The translations under genes were made by a program, and so were the position numbers. From Camelus dromedarius (Eukaryota), in contig NC_087451.1 of the NCBI RefSeq assembly GCF_036321535.1, positions 27,838,001 to 27,902,000 on the forward strand: a DNA stretch of 64,000 nucleotides, read 5' to 3'. The notes beneath the pieces are model-generated. The model saw only the letters and a list, made by a program, of their open reading frames with translations, ran no database searches and was not told the DNA's origin. Below are positions 26,151-39,543 of this stretch, in pieces (the stretch's first letter is position 1; each line of letters opens with the position of its first letter).

Positions 26151-27081
26151 GGAGGAGCGCCCTGCCCTCTGCGCCGCCTTCTCTTCGATTTCCTCTTGTA
26201 CCTAAAGCGACTGCTTTTCCAGGCAGCACGGGGGCACGTTTTGTCCTGTCGGGGCCGCCCTGGGAGCGAGGCCGCCGCCCTCCGGGGGACCAGCCCGCAG
26301 CGGGCTCGGGAATCGGCTAAGGGTTGTGACTGAGCTGAGCCTGGATGGGGTCCTTGGCGGAAGGGCCAGCCTTTCACCTGGGAAAAGAGGATTTGTAAGC
26401 TTGGGCTCTGCCTCCAGCTCTGAATCCTTTGCAGTCCTGCCCCCCTCTCCGTCCAGCTCCCGAACGTCTGGACGTGGGTGTCCCCAGCTCCTTGAGTCCT
26501 CTGCTTTTGCTCTTGAATGCAAGCGGCAGCCCCCCTCGCTGCTGTCCCAGATTTAAGAGCCCAGGGGGAACAGACCCCCACTTTAGGTCGAGTGGAGAAG
26601 GCAGGGCTGCCCTCTGCCCAGCGTTCCGATGATCCTGGCCCTGCCTGTGACCTGAGCTCAAGTAGCTTATCTGTGCCTATTTAGAAGGGCTGATGTGGAG
26701 GTCACCTAAGAGGTTTGGGCACTTAAGGTGTGCAAAATGTCAGGATTGTCTTAAACACTTTTCCTAGGCTACAACTAACCAGCATTGTAGAATCGGACTG
26801 AAGCCCTGGGCCCTGCCAGTCTCTCCCAGGAGTCAGGGCAGTGCAGGGCTGGGTGGGCAGGATGGTTGCTCAGCTCCTGTAGGGACAGCTCCTTGGTGCT
26901 CGGTCTCAGGGAGCAAGAGCAGATCTGCAGCTGAGGCCAGAGCAACATCCACTAGTGGAGACTGTGGAACTGGGCCTGGGGCAAGGGACAGGCTGGCCTT
27001 TGGGGGCACCCCATCTAGAGTTGGACTGGCTGCCCGCCACCTGCCTTCTGAGCAGACACTTGAATACTTGTTGAAAGATGT

Positions 27082-27087
27082 TTTATT
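27082..27087 (-). terminator. Poly(A) signal AATAAA of HGS
   Basis: tttatt on the + strand, about 570 nt past the HGS stop. Confidence 0.8.
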
Positions 27088-27652
27088 ATCACTGTTCCAT
27101 TCCGTCTACTGAGCAGGGCACTGGATGAGATGACAGCTCAGAAGAAGAGAAGCTGGAGACAGGCCCCCAGCCTTCCTGTGAGGGCCAGGAGCACCCCTGC
27201 TGACAGCGTGGGGGGCCACACTGGAGGGCTCTGGGGAGCACTCACACGAGTCACAGGCCCCACGGTCTCATGGGTGGGGGTGGGAGGGCGAGAGCTGTGA
27301 GGCAGAGAGACCCCACTCCCGCCAGCCATCGCAGGACCTGACACAGGGGGCTGGGGGCTTCCTCTCAGAGAAGGTCCTTCCCTTCCACCCTCCTACCCAA
27401 GGCCCAGCCCTAGGGAAAGAAGTCAGACGGACTCAGGGAGACAGGGACAGGGATGAGGCCTGGGGGGAGGAGGAGCCAGCAGGCGAGAACAAAGGAGGAG
27501 GCCTGGGATGAAGGGCCACCCCAGCTCACATGAAGCAGGGACACTACACGCAAGAGAGGAGAGAGCAAGGTGGGCGGACGACGCTAGTTAAGAGACGGAG
27601 GCAGCGGTTTGAACCGTAGTGTTACTCTGGATGGCGAGCTCCCCGGCTAGGG

Positions 27653-30600
27653 TCAGTCAAACGAGATGAGCTGGGCTTCGCTGCCCTGCACCGGTGGCCC
27701 CTGTGCAGGTGGCTGCTGGGCCACTGGGGGCTGCTGCTGGGGAGGGCCGCTGGAGGGCGCCATCTGGGGGGACACATGGGGGCTGTTGGTCTGTCCTCCC
27801 TCCCTCTTCCCTCCCTAGGCCCCCGCCTCCCCAGCCTCTAATGGCTCTTCTAGAACACTTGTGTCCCAACCTTGCCCCAGGTCTGCAGGCCCCCAACTAG
27901 GCCCAGCCTGGGCTGCGCCAGCGGTGGTCTCTTGACTCCCTCTTTCCACTTGTCACGGGCTCCCGGTCCTCCTGTCCCCAGCAGAGCACAGACCCCAGGA
28001 AATTCTGATTAACGTCTATGGAGTTGAGCTGATGTGGCCTGGGGCTCTTAAGTAAACGCACAGTTTCGACATCCCCAGGTGTGACTGTGTTTAAGTCCGG
28101 GTTCTGCCTGCAAAGCAGCAGTCCTCGCCAGCACTGGCCGCCTTCCCAGGGCAGCCCCGCGGCCGTTGGGGGCTCAGAGCGAAGCCTGTGCCCCCCTGAG
28201 CTGGCTTCCAGCACGGCCCTCCCTGGGGTCATGAGCTGTGATGGCGGCCCTGGGAGAGGCTCACCTGCTGGTACATGGGCTGCTGCCCCGAGATGTAGGA
28301 CTGCTGCGGGGGTGGCAGAGATGCATCCTGGCTGGGGAGGGTGGTCATGAGGTTCTGTGGAGAATAAAATGAACCTGAAAAGGGAGCTCTGAAACCAGAT
28401 AAACAGCATTTCTGACTTGGAAAATCAAATGCCAACCAGCAAAGAGAGCCCAGTGGAGGGGACATGGTGGGGAGAAGGGCGGAGCCCGACAGTGCACCCC
28501 CAGCCTCTTGCCAAGGGTCCCCAGCCTGCCCCTGGCCGCCGACCCCACAGCCACGGCCTCTCACCTGCATGCTGTAAGGCTGGTAGCCCATGGACACGGA
28601 CTGGCTCCCCATGTAACCCATGGTGCCTGACTGTGGGGGCTGGGAGATGGCCGGGAGGCTCTGCGGGGCCTGGGAGGCCACGTTCTGTGGAGGGAAGGGG
28701 GAACGGGAGAGAGCTGGGCCCAAGTGCCTCACAGTGCGGCTTTGTGGGGAGAGACGTGGCCCACCCGCCTACCTGGTACCCCTGCGTAGGGGTGGGCTGG
28801 TAGGACGAGTAGGCTGGGCTGGCGGTGGGCCCTGGGGGGCCCTGGGGGGCTGCCTGGGTGCCAGCGGCCCCCGCTGGGTACATGTAGGCGCTCACCATGC
28901 TGGGATCTGCAGGGGAAAGGAGGCATGAGCCCCCACCCTGAGGGTGGGGGGGGTGCGGGGGGGCCTTCCTCTAAGTTGTCCTTTTCATTGTGACTTTGGA
29001 ACCAAGTTCATGTTTCACGTTCTCACAAGAGGGTGATAAATGAAACCGAGGAGGACGGGAGAGACCCCTGCAACGTGTGCCGTCAGGAGACCCGACACCC
29101 AAACTGACGGGTGGTCTGCAAGATGGTGGGGCCGGTGCTCTTGGGAAGTCTGTCACAGAACCCTAAGGCAGACTGAGGAATGTTCTAGATTAAAGGAGAT
29201 GAATGAGGCAGAACAGCTGAACACAACACATGACAGGTTTCCTGTTGGCACAAAGGGTGTCTGGGGCCATGCATGAGAGCCGAGCTGGGGTGGACACAGT
29301 CACACCATGGCCTGAGAAGCCCCTGGCCTGGCGTCTGTGCCCAGGCTACACGGGAGCATCCTGGTTGAGGAAACACACTGAAGCCTCTACCAATAGAGGA
29401 CGCCCCGCTTGCCACTCACCCTAACCTGGGCCAGAAGCGAGTGCGCATGGGAAGAGGCAGGGTGGGGCATGGGCACACCCGGGGAACCTGAGCACCTCTC
29501 TGAACCGCTCTTCTATTAAGTCTGACATCACACCGAGGGAAAACAGAACAGGGTAGTGATCTGGGCTCGTCTTGACTGCTCCGCGGCTCCCCCACCGCCC
29601 GCCAGCCCGTTACCTGCTGTGGCCCCGGGCATGCTGGCGTAGGGGCTGCCGGCGGCCGGGGCCGCCTGGCTCATGTACATGGCGTGCATGGGGGAGCCCT
29701 CAACTGAGCCCGCGGGGCTGAAGGTCCCTGCGAAGCTTGCGGGGCCTGAGGGCTGGTACAGCACGCCCCCTGCCGCGGGCATGGCCTGGAGCTGAGGACA
29801 GAGACAGGCTGTCAGAGCAGTTCTCGGTCCCCAGCGTCCCCCGAGGGCGCGGGGCAAGGCTGGGCACGTGCCTGGGCATAGGGCAGGGAGAAGGCGGGCA
29901 TCTGGGCCCGCATCTGGATGGTCTGCTTCTGCTGCTCCAGGCGCATCTGCCGCTCCTTCTCCTGCTCCTGCAGGCGCTGGATGGCCAGCTGCCGCTGCAC
30001 CTCCAGGTACTCCTGCTTCTTCTGCCGCATGATTTCCAGCTTCTGGGCCAGCTGGATCTGGCGCTGGCGCTCCGCCTCCTCGGCCGCACGGCGCAGCTTC
30101 TCCCGGTGCTCCTCCCGCAGAGCGCTGAGGGCCCCCCGGGCATCCCGGATCTGCGCCAGCTTGTCCTGCAGCCCCTCGTAGTACACTGCGGGGGAGGGCA
30201 GAGCGGGGGGGCCCTGGCATTGGCCGGAAGCACGGGCTGCTCAGCGGTGGGCACCTGCTCCGGGAACTGCCTGGGCCTCCCTCGGCCCCGCCGAGTGCTT
30301 GTCAGCAGGGCAGCGGGCAGCTGGGCTCCAGGAAGGGCGTACGCGCGCACGCACACACGCGCGCACACTCTCTCCCCTGGGCTGGCTGGCCTGCGCTTAG
30401 GGGGTATTTCCTGCCACGGGGGCGGCCTGCTATGGAGCCCGAGGCCCACGCCTCTCCCGGCCTGACTACGCCTGGCCCAGAAGGCACCCCCAGCCCTGAG
30501 TGGGTGCAGTGGTCCCTGACCGGAGCCCCGTGGCACCTACGCCTGCGCTCGTCCAGCTGGTTGAGCAGCTCGAGCAGCTGGGGGTGCATGCCATTGATGG

Positions 30601-33600
30601 ACTGGAAGAGCGACAGCACGGCCGAATCGTTGGTGATGCTGCGGCCTCGCACGTGGTTGCTCTTCATGCGGTTGACAAAGGTGGTAACAGCGTTCTGCAG
30701 GGCCTTCAGGAACTGTGCGTGGCTCTCCTCCGACTCCCCGTTCTGGTACTGCGGGGGCACGGTGCGGTCTGGTGAGCGCCTCCCGCGTCCCCAGGCCCGA
30801 GCAGGGACCCTCCGTCCGGATCTGCCAGGCACTGAGCTCCGAGCCTGCTGCCCACCTGACCGGGTGCTCCTGGCAGCGCTGAGAGGCACCCTCAGCACAC
30901 GGCTCACAAGTGAGGAAACAGGACCATAGCACAGCGTGGCCGAGACGAAGCTGCCCGGCCCTGGTCTCTTATTCCAATGGGCAACAAAATGCACAGCCCC
31001 AGGAAGGCCCCAGACTTGTCCCGGTGGTTCTGGGCTGCCCTAGAGTACTCTGATCGTTCAGGGTAGGCTACGAGTGTCCGAGCTCTGGCCCACAGCCAGC
31101 CCAGACAGAGCTGATGGAGGGTTCTGAGCCGGAGAAGCCCAGCTCCAGGAGGCCACTGCAGGCACCACTCGGCCCTCCTGACAATCTGTGCTCCCAGACA
31201 CCCAGATTTCCCCTAACCCAAGGAGGGAGCCGCAGCTTACCTCACTGAAGGAGCCACCGGCGGGAGTTACAGGCTGAGGGTCCATCTCCGGGAGGGGAGT
31301 CTGGAAGAGACCGGAGGGTGAGTGGGGTTCCACCTTCGGCCTGTCCCTGTGCCGCCGTCCCAAGGACTGCGGGCAGCAGCCCGAGAGCAGCCCCTCACCT
31401 CCACGCTCGCAGGGCCTGAGAGGCCCTCGGTGGGCTGGACAGTGGGCTCTGTCAGGGGCACTGGCGCGGATGGCGTGGGGCTCCTCCGAGCCTCCTCCTG
31501 CTTCTTCTCCCAGTAGTTGCGGTTGAGGTACCGGGCGAGCTGCACGGGCAAAAGGGGGTCACTCTCGAGGGCCAGGAGGCAGTGAGGGGAAATTGCCACC
31601 TGCAGGGCGTCCTCACCTCGGGGTCGATGTCCTCAGCCAGAGGCGCCGACGAGTTCTGGGGAGACGTGGGGGGTGTGAGGGGCCGTGGGCCAGAGAAGCA
31701 GCAACCCTGGCCGTCGCTCAGGAAGCCTGGATGGCGCAGTGCTGACAGTGGACCCCAGAGGCTGGCCAGAGCCAGTCCAGTCCCCAAGGGGCTGTACACA
31801 AGGTGCAGGGTGGTGCCGCGCCAGCCCTCCCAAGAACCCTCCAACACCCAAGGGGCAGGGGCAGGGCCACTCTCGGCCCCACCCCTGGAGCCCTGCACAA
31901 CTTGCAAATAACTTTCTGAACCTTCTGTCCCACCTGCTACCCACCCACTTTCTACAGACGGGACTGGGGCCAGAGAGAGGTTGGGCCAACCCCCAGAAAG
32001 CAGGCCTGTGAGGGCTGCAAGGGAGGCTAGAAAAAGGCAGGGCCCTTGTGACCCCAGGCTCCCCACCTTCTCCTACCTTTGCATCGTCCTCTGCCCGACA
32101 GGGGCCCCAGCCAGGGAGCAGAGGCCTGTGAGAGCCAAGCTGCACCATGACCACTGCCGGCGAGACGCTGTGTCCTTGCCCCAGCGCCTGCCCCCCACAC
32201 CCTCCCACCCACCCCGGGAAGGCGTCTAAGGCGAGGCTGGGGCGGCTCACCACGGGTGAAGAGTACAGGCTGCTGGCAGGGGGCGCTGACGAGGCCACGG
32301 GCGCGGGCTCCGCCTTAGGGTACGCGGTGTAGGCCGACTTCTGTCTCTGCAGGAGAACCAGGAAGAGGGTGTCGCCAGGTGCTCCTCTCGGCCACCCTCA
32401 CTGCCCTCCACCCGCCTCTGCCCCCATCCCCAGCTCACCATCCTCTCCTTCTCCTCGGCCTCTGACTGCGATAGGGCCAGTGCCAGCTGCAGCTCCTCCT
32501 CCTCCTGCAGGGCCGTCTCATCCCTCTTGGGGGGCAGCTGGGAAGGCAGGGCAGGTGGGCGGGGTGCCCGGGGCCCAGGAGCGAGGCGCAGCCTGGGGCC
32601 CGGGAGGTACCTGGGACTGCTGGGACAGGGGACTGGTCAGGTACTCCGGGGGCAGCTCCGTTGATGAGGCAGCCTTTCCCTCCGCTTTCCTGGAGAAGAC
32701 AGGACACCGTGGGTAACCAGGCACCAGACGCCGGGCCCCCAAGTTCTCGAGGACACTGCCTCGGCTTCCCTCCCACGTCCCCACAGAAGGATGACAGAGG
32801 TTCCACCGGCCACTCCGGAGAGTAGCTGGACCCTCAAAGCAGCTGTCACCTCCGGGCTGTAGGGCTCCGGGCGGGTCACCAGCCTGTGCTGCAGCCTCTC
32901 TCCTGGAAGCGAGGCTCTGACACCCACCTGGCCAGGCCACGGCCCACGGAAAGGCCTCCCCGTAGAACGGCCCGCGGACACCACCTCTCTGGGGGTCAGG
33001 ACCCACACCGGGCGCTGGGACAGGCGGACAGCAGGGCCTCCAGACCAACCGCACAGAGCCCGACCCTAATCACGAGGAAACCTCGGACCCACACCCAGAG
33101 ACACTACGACAGCCTGAACCCGGGCAATGTCCTGTCACGGAAGATGAGGGGGCTGAGGCACAGCCGGGTTAGGCAGCTGAGGTGACCAATCCTGACAGAA
33201 CAGAACTGCCAGGGAACACTCCTGGGACTCGGGAAGCCCGAACAGTAGGTGTCGGCACCTACTGACGCCAGACGCCCCAACTCCACGACTGTGAGGAGAA
33301 CATGCCCCTTGGGAGGCCACGTGGGAGGTCGAGGGGTGGGGGTCCGGGGCCTGCTGCCCACCCTCAACCGGTTCAGGACACAAGGCGCGTGCACAGGGAC
33401 ACAAGCAAGCGGGGCAGGTACATAAGTCAACGGGGCCACCAGGGGACTGGGGGGAGGGGGCGTCCACGTGGGGTCTTCTAACCACTCCCGCCACCTCTTC
33501 TTTAAGTTTTATTTCCAAACCAGAAACTTAGAAAGACAAACTCAAGCACCTGGCCGGCTGGTTTCAGACCCCGGGTGCCCGTCTGGCTCTGCCCCGAGTC

Positions 33601-36600
33601 TGGCAGGGCCGTGGGAGCAGGGCCCGGGTGGGCCCCCCAGACAGTGGAGACAGAAGGCCGGCCCGGCTCCAGAGCCCATGGGGGACTCACTTGTTGAGCT
33701 GCTCATAGCAGGGCTCGCACACCCGCACTTCCTTCTCGATGCCAAACTTGGGGATGGTTGAGTACTTGGAGGAGCACTTGCCACAGAAGATCTGGCCACA
33801 CGCCCGGCAGTGGTGCTGCAACACAGGGCAGGGCAGGGCGGCCGGTCCGTCCCCCTTCGTGCCCACTCTGCCCAGCACCACCCACTGCAGACACCGTAGG
33901 CTGGGCCTCCCAGGCCGGGGTGGGCAGAAGGGCCTGGGAGGCCAGAGGCCCTGGGGGAGTAGGGCACACTTCCAAGCCCCCGACTACAGCCTCCATTTGG
34001 GGGAAGTAAGTATATATTGAAAAGAAGAAAGTTTACAAAAAACGTGAACTGCCCTGACAAACAAGAGTTTTGGTGGGCGGTGGGTGTGGTGAGTCTGCTC
34101 AGACGCCCGGGCCCAGCCCTCGCCACGGCCAGCCTGGACTTGGGTGGGAAGAGACGGTGGCCCGAGGGTCCAAGCCGGACAGGCTGAGTCAGCCGAGAAG
34201 ACTCGGCTAACGGGCTGTTGGTTGAGGGAACGCAGACCCAGAGTGTTTCCGGGGGCGTGTAGCCTGGCCCGAACTTTACCCAAGGGCACCGACCATCAGA
34301 CACAGGACCCCAAGATGACTATGCTCACCACACAGCTGGGGGCTCAATGTGCTCCCCCCTACCATGTCCCCACCAAGAGGAGAAGGACCATGCGTGGGTG
34401 CAGTGGCCTCATGGCAGCAATGGGTGGCCTGGGGACCCTCCCCCGGGGCAGGCGCACTCACCTTGCGGGTCACGACCCCGAACTGTACCCGGCAGCGGTG
34501 GCATTCCTCAGCATCCACCCAGTCTGGGGCCTGGGGACGGGCAGAGTCAGGGTCACCCAGCCCCGGCCCTCCCTGCCAAGATTCCCACTTCCCACAGGTG
34601 GGAGAAGACCCTGGTGTGGGCAGGGGACTGGAGCCAAGTCACTGCAGACAAAGGAAGAACTCGAGAAAGGCGCCCCCTCCAAAGACATTTCCTTTCTAAA
34701 GACACGACAGCTAGACTTCCCCCAGCTCTGGAGACGTGTCATTATGTTTTAACTTTGTGAGCCCGCGAGCTGCAGCCCTAGGGCACCGTGAACCGGGTTC
34801 CCGTCTCCGCCTGCAGAGACGAACGTTCCACTCGGCAAGGTCAGCGTTCTCCTTCTCAAGACCAGCAGCAGCTCCCCTGCTCCCAAAAAGCCCGGGTCCC
34901 AGGGCCCCTTCTGCTTCCTCAGAGCCACCCAGTCCCTGGACCCCAGCACCCTGCGGACTCACTCTCTCTGCCGCAAACATGGCGTCACTCTCCTTGAACT
35001 CGGGGAAGACGTGTCCTGGAGAGAGGAGGCCACTGTCATGGCCAAGGGCCACCCTGCACGCGAGGCTCTCAGCCTCTCCGGTCCTCGCCCACCTGCCCTG
35101 AGGCTTTCAGGAGCTGTGTCCTGGCTCTCGGTATCTGCCTCCCCAACGCCTCCCCTCTGGGCTGGCGCCTGCTGTGCCCTCAACAGCCAGTCAGCTCCAC
35201 ACTGGCCGAACCTGAGGCCCCAGTGGGACGCAGGCCGCGGCCTCCTCCTGCTGGTTCGTCCTCACACTCAGGTCTGGTACTCTTGCCACCTGCTCTCCAG
35301 GCCTCCCCCGACCATGCGTCCTAGCCACCCCCATCCTCCTCTGGGGAGCCAGGTCCCCCTCTCGGAACCCAGCTCCTCCGTCAACTCACCACTGCACTGC
35401 CCGACCCCTGCCCTGATGGGGCATGAGGCCCAGAAAGCAGGGGCTCAGGTGCCCAGAGCTGCACTGAGGCCACCGCTGCTCCCAAGGAGAGGAGCAGCCC
35501 CCAGCCTGGGTGGGGTGGACACAGCCTCCCTTGGGCCCGCCTGGTGCAGGGTGCATCCTGAGCCTGGGACTGGACCCTTCTGCCCAGCCTCCCCGCTCAC
35601 CTTCCACCTTCATGATTTGGTACGTGTCCTGGACCACCTTGTACTTGGGTTCATTCCGGAAGGCGTGTGCCCAGGCCTGGATCAAGTACAGGATCTTGTT
35701 TCGGACATTTACTTCTACCTGCCTCTGCAGAGAGAGGAGAGAGAAGGGGGGGAAGGGGGGCCTTGGAGGATGCAGGTACCAGAGACATCTCAGTACGGGG
35801 AGGCGGCTGGAAGACCCCACTACTCTGACATACGGGGCTGGCAGAGGTGAGCACTGGGGCCATGGACTGACCATCCTCCCTAGACACAGGCCTTCTCAAG
35901 GGCACCCTGTCTCTAAGGACAGATCCACTGTACCTGTCTGTCCGCGCAGGGCCTGAACTTGTCTCTAACTGCTGGCAGAAGCCAGGGGTCCCGGAAGAGA
36001 CGGCTTTCCAACCTAATTCCTGCTGTACTAGAACTACCTGCTCTCTCAACCCCGCCCAGGACTCCATCCAACCACCTCGGGAGCCCTTCAGCCTAAAACC
36101 CACTCTGGTGCCACTAATGGCCACCTCGAACAGGCAGAGCCAGCCAGGCTGAGGGAGCGAACGCCCAGCTGGCCAGCCCTGCCCTCCAGGCACAGCCACC
36201 CCAGGCACGTGGTGGGGGCGGCAGCTCCAAAAAGTTCCCCACGTACAAAGCCATCACCTCAGCAGGTTAAAGCACAGCTAATCACATTTCTAAGCCTCTC
36301 TTGGGGACGCCGTCCACACTCGGCGCTCAGGATGGCGGACTGAGAAAGCTGCTTTGTGGAGACACCGACTGCAGCTCACGCACCTGGCTTGCCCCTCTTC
36401 CCTGTAATCCGTGTCAGGTCAGTGGACCCCCTTCCTGCGGCAGCTCTGCTTCTCCAAGGGCCGCAGCCACACGCAGCACGAACAGGGCACAACTGTGCCC
36501 AATGGGGAGGGCAGGTCCCAATTCCTCCACCAAGATCACCAGTCAGGGCCTCGAAGAAGCCCCACTGTCAGCTCAGCCCCAGACAGACTCCTGGCCACGA

Positions 36601-39543
36601 GACCCGAGGGCACCCGATGGCAGCAGAGACAGTTGCCCACCCTGGCAGCCTCATGTCCATGGGGAGCCCTTCACTTCCAAGGATGGCTGCACTGCCCAAC
36701 TCTGCATCACACAACCTCCCAGTGTCAGCACCCACGTCATAATCCCTGCAGGCAGGCAGCGAACTTGACCCCCCTGGGTGAGCCCTTGGGGCCCTGGAGG
36801 ACTTTCTCTCCTTGGCCTGGGCAGGTGTGAAACCCACTGCCCCAGCGTCCCTGCTCTGCTGCACCCCCAACTCTTCCGCCACAAGCACACTGGACTTGTG
36901 TGCCTTCCTGCTCAGGGGCCTTCCCAAACCCTTTGGGGCCCCCAAGGCCTCCACTGGCATCTCCTGTCCGCGGCCACATGCCAAGACTACTTCCCCACCT
37001 TCTCTGCTGCTCAGTGAGCGTCCTCTGCCCTTCAAAACTCAGCTCCTGCCTCCAAGAAACCTTCCTAACCTCGCAGGAGGAGTGGGGTCTCCTCTGCACC
37101 CCTTGGAAGAGCCCCAGCTGGCTTCCCGTAAGGCTTGACCTCATCAGGCAGGTGCCATGGACATTCCTCTTCCACTGTGCCTGGCACTGTGCCTGCCACG
37201 CAACCCCCGAGAAGCCCATGTGCGGGTTGGCACACCCCAGGCCAGGCCTCTCCGGTCCCTGCAGGGTGCTCACCTTCAGCAGCTCCTTCAGCTCCTCCAT
37301 GGTCTGCTTGTTGGCCACCTCGTCGTGGACCGTCTGGCCACAGTTCTTCACCACAGACTCCATGACCTGCAGAACCCAGCGAGAAGGTGGGCCTCGACAG
37401 GGCCTTCAGGCCACCCAGCCGGACGGGAAAGCCCACAGGCAGCCTCCGGGGAAGGCCCAGCCAGGGTACTTGCGGCCCTTCTAACTCCACGTTTTATAAC
37501 CAACGACAGACAATGGAGTCAGCCTCGGGGCCTGCGTGCAGCAGCCTCGCCCTCATCCCGGCGCTCCACCGGGGCTGCCCTCACCCCCCGGTGCCTCCAC
37601 TGCTGGCGGTCCACCCAGCCCTGACATCCCCATGGTTGACGAAAGGAGTCTGGTTACCTCCAGGGCGTACAGGGCCACGTGGGGGTTCTTGTCGTTGACT
37701 TTCTTCTTGATGGAACTCACGGCATATTTGGCTCTGACAGGAAAGAGCCACAGCAAAAGCAGAAACAGAAAGGGAGAGAGAACACAGTCTCTGAGACTCA
37801 GAAAAAGCCCAGCCGCCATCCGGTCCTTGAGACCTCAGGCAGTCGTGCAGGTGACCACACGCTTCCAAGCTGCACAGAAGTCCTTTAATAACCCCAAGAT
37901 CTCAAAGACCCCAGCGTGCAGACCACACAGTCGTCCAGCCCTCGGGAGGTGAGCGGGCACTCACTGTGTGTCCCCCTGGCGGATCAGATCGCAGATCTGG
38001 AGGATGGACTCCCAGTCAGTCTCCAGAAGAAGCTGGCTGGTCGCTTTGTCTAAGGCAAAAACGCACTTGTTATGGGGGCTCATCCTGCTCTGTGACTCCC
38101 TAGGTGGCCCCCCAGCTCAGTGACAGGCAGGAGGGACTGCCTCGTTCCCATGTTAGACATTTAGATCAAATGGAAAACCACTTAAAAATCTTCCTGTCTC
38201 ATGGCAATAACCACAAGGGTGCGATCCTCCCCAAAATGGAAACAGATAACTTGGAAAACAAGAACAGAAAACGCCTACCACATACTTGTCACAAACCAAA
38301 TGCTGTTTCGAACACTTTATGTGAACTCATTTAACCCTTACAGAACCTTACGAATCAGTCGCTATTTCTACTTTCTTACAGACAAAATGACACAGAGAGG
38401 GGAAGATGCTGCCTGAAGTCACACAGCTCGCTGCGGACAGAGTCCAGGTTCAACACTGTACTCAGATGCCTCTTCGCAAAAAGAGCTCTGCTGCCCTATC
38501 CCTCAGAGCCCCTGGTTTTTCCGAGGTTTAGCCTACCTAACTAGCCCACAGCTGGGGCATGGCTGGAGAGAGATGCAGTGTGGACCCGAGCCCTCTGCTT
38601 CAAATGTTTTGTGGGGTGAAGACAGGATGGACCTGCCAAGGAGAGTTCTCCAGCCAACCCCTCTCCTCTGTGTCAGACAGATGTGCTGTGAGGCGCTGCT
38701 GCTCCAGCCCAGCCAGCACCACCTCCCCTCGAGTCCTACAAATGATCGGTATTGATCTGGCAGTAACTTCTGGGTGGACCACCAAAGGGCTGAACCACCC
38801 CATAAGCTGAGTTCCTCAGCCTGCATGTTCCACTGAGGTCTCCTCCAAAACCACATTCAAGGAAAAAGGAGGGTGGGCTCAGGCAGACCAGGGAAGCACC
38901 CACAGCGCCTGTCCCAAATACAGAGCACACACAGTTTCATCGAGGGTGGGGGATTTGCCCATGAACATTCCTTTTCCTTCCTAAAACCTGCGACCTCTCA
39001 GAGCCTCAGAAGGATCAGCTACCCACCCCAACGCAGGGAACGCCTTCCTAAGCCCCAGACGCTTCCTGGAGCCAAACAGGGACCCACGGCGCTAGTCTGG
39101 CTCCCCAGGGAAGCAGCGCCCCAAAAGGCCTGGCAGGCCCCAGAAAGGACACTGCTGGCTCCACCCTTCGGGACCCCATGTCTGGGTCAGAACTCCCAGA
39201 TCCCACGCAACCTAGGCTTTCCTAGAGCGAGAGGGCCTATTGAGGTTTCACTGTTTGCCTGAGTCACCCGGTTCCGTGACTCAGGACGTGAGGCCCGCTC
39301 GGTCGGACGCTGCCGGTCGTTCCCCCGGGGCTCCTCGTCGGTCTCCTGCGCGACCCTCACGCCCTCGGGCCGGCGCCAGGCCCGCGCCCCGGACCGCCGT
39401 GCCCTGCGTCGCCGGCGCGCCCGCCCAGGGCCCGGGGCGCGCGGCGGCCGCCCCGGGGCGCGGGGGCCGGGAGGCTTTCCCACGGGGGTCGCGGGGGCCG
39501 CGTTACCTAGGAGACGCTCGAAGGTGCCGCTGCCGCGCCCCAT
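27653..39543 (-). CDS. HGS: Hepatocyte growth factor-regulated tyrosine kinase substrate (Hrs, ESCRT-0), 776 aa, 21 coding exons
   Basis: Exons 39507-39543, 37965-38049, 37658-37733, 37274-37366, 35601-35724, 34963-35015, 34462-34530, 33691-33815, 32611-32689, 32439-32537, 32251-32346, 31617-31655, 31399-31539, 31241-31300, 30541-30748, 29872-30185, 29614-29791, 28773-28906, 28565-28684, 28265-28354, 27653-27763. Total 2331 nt. VHS, FYVE (HHCRACG), UIM (EEEELQLALALSQSE), PSAP motif, coiled coil, C-terminal LISFD clathrin box. Confidence 0.98.
33130..33215. mobile_element. MIR core fragment
   Basis: cacggaagatgagggggctgaggcacag...gttaggcagctg...ccaatcctgacagaacag resembles the MIR core. Confidence 0.4.
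38290..38470. mobile_element. MIR SINE
   Basis: actcatttaacccttacag...ttacagacaaaatgacacagagagg...gcctgaagtcacacagct is MIR-like. Confidence 0.65.

Noticed and set aside
29737-30465. 242-aa plus-strand Leu/Gln-rich ORF
   Set aside because: Antisense mirror of the HGS coiled-coil exon (CAG/GAG codons read as CTG/CTC).
32347-32438. Possible mirtron in HGS intron 10 (I recall a human miRNA annotated in an HGS intron)
   Set aside because: Only loose pairing between the G-rich 5' part and the pyrimidine tract. It cannot be supported without folding and small-RNA data.
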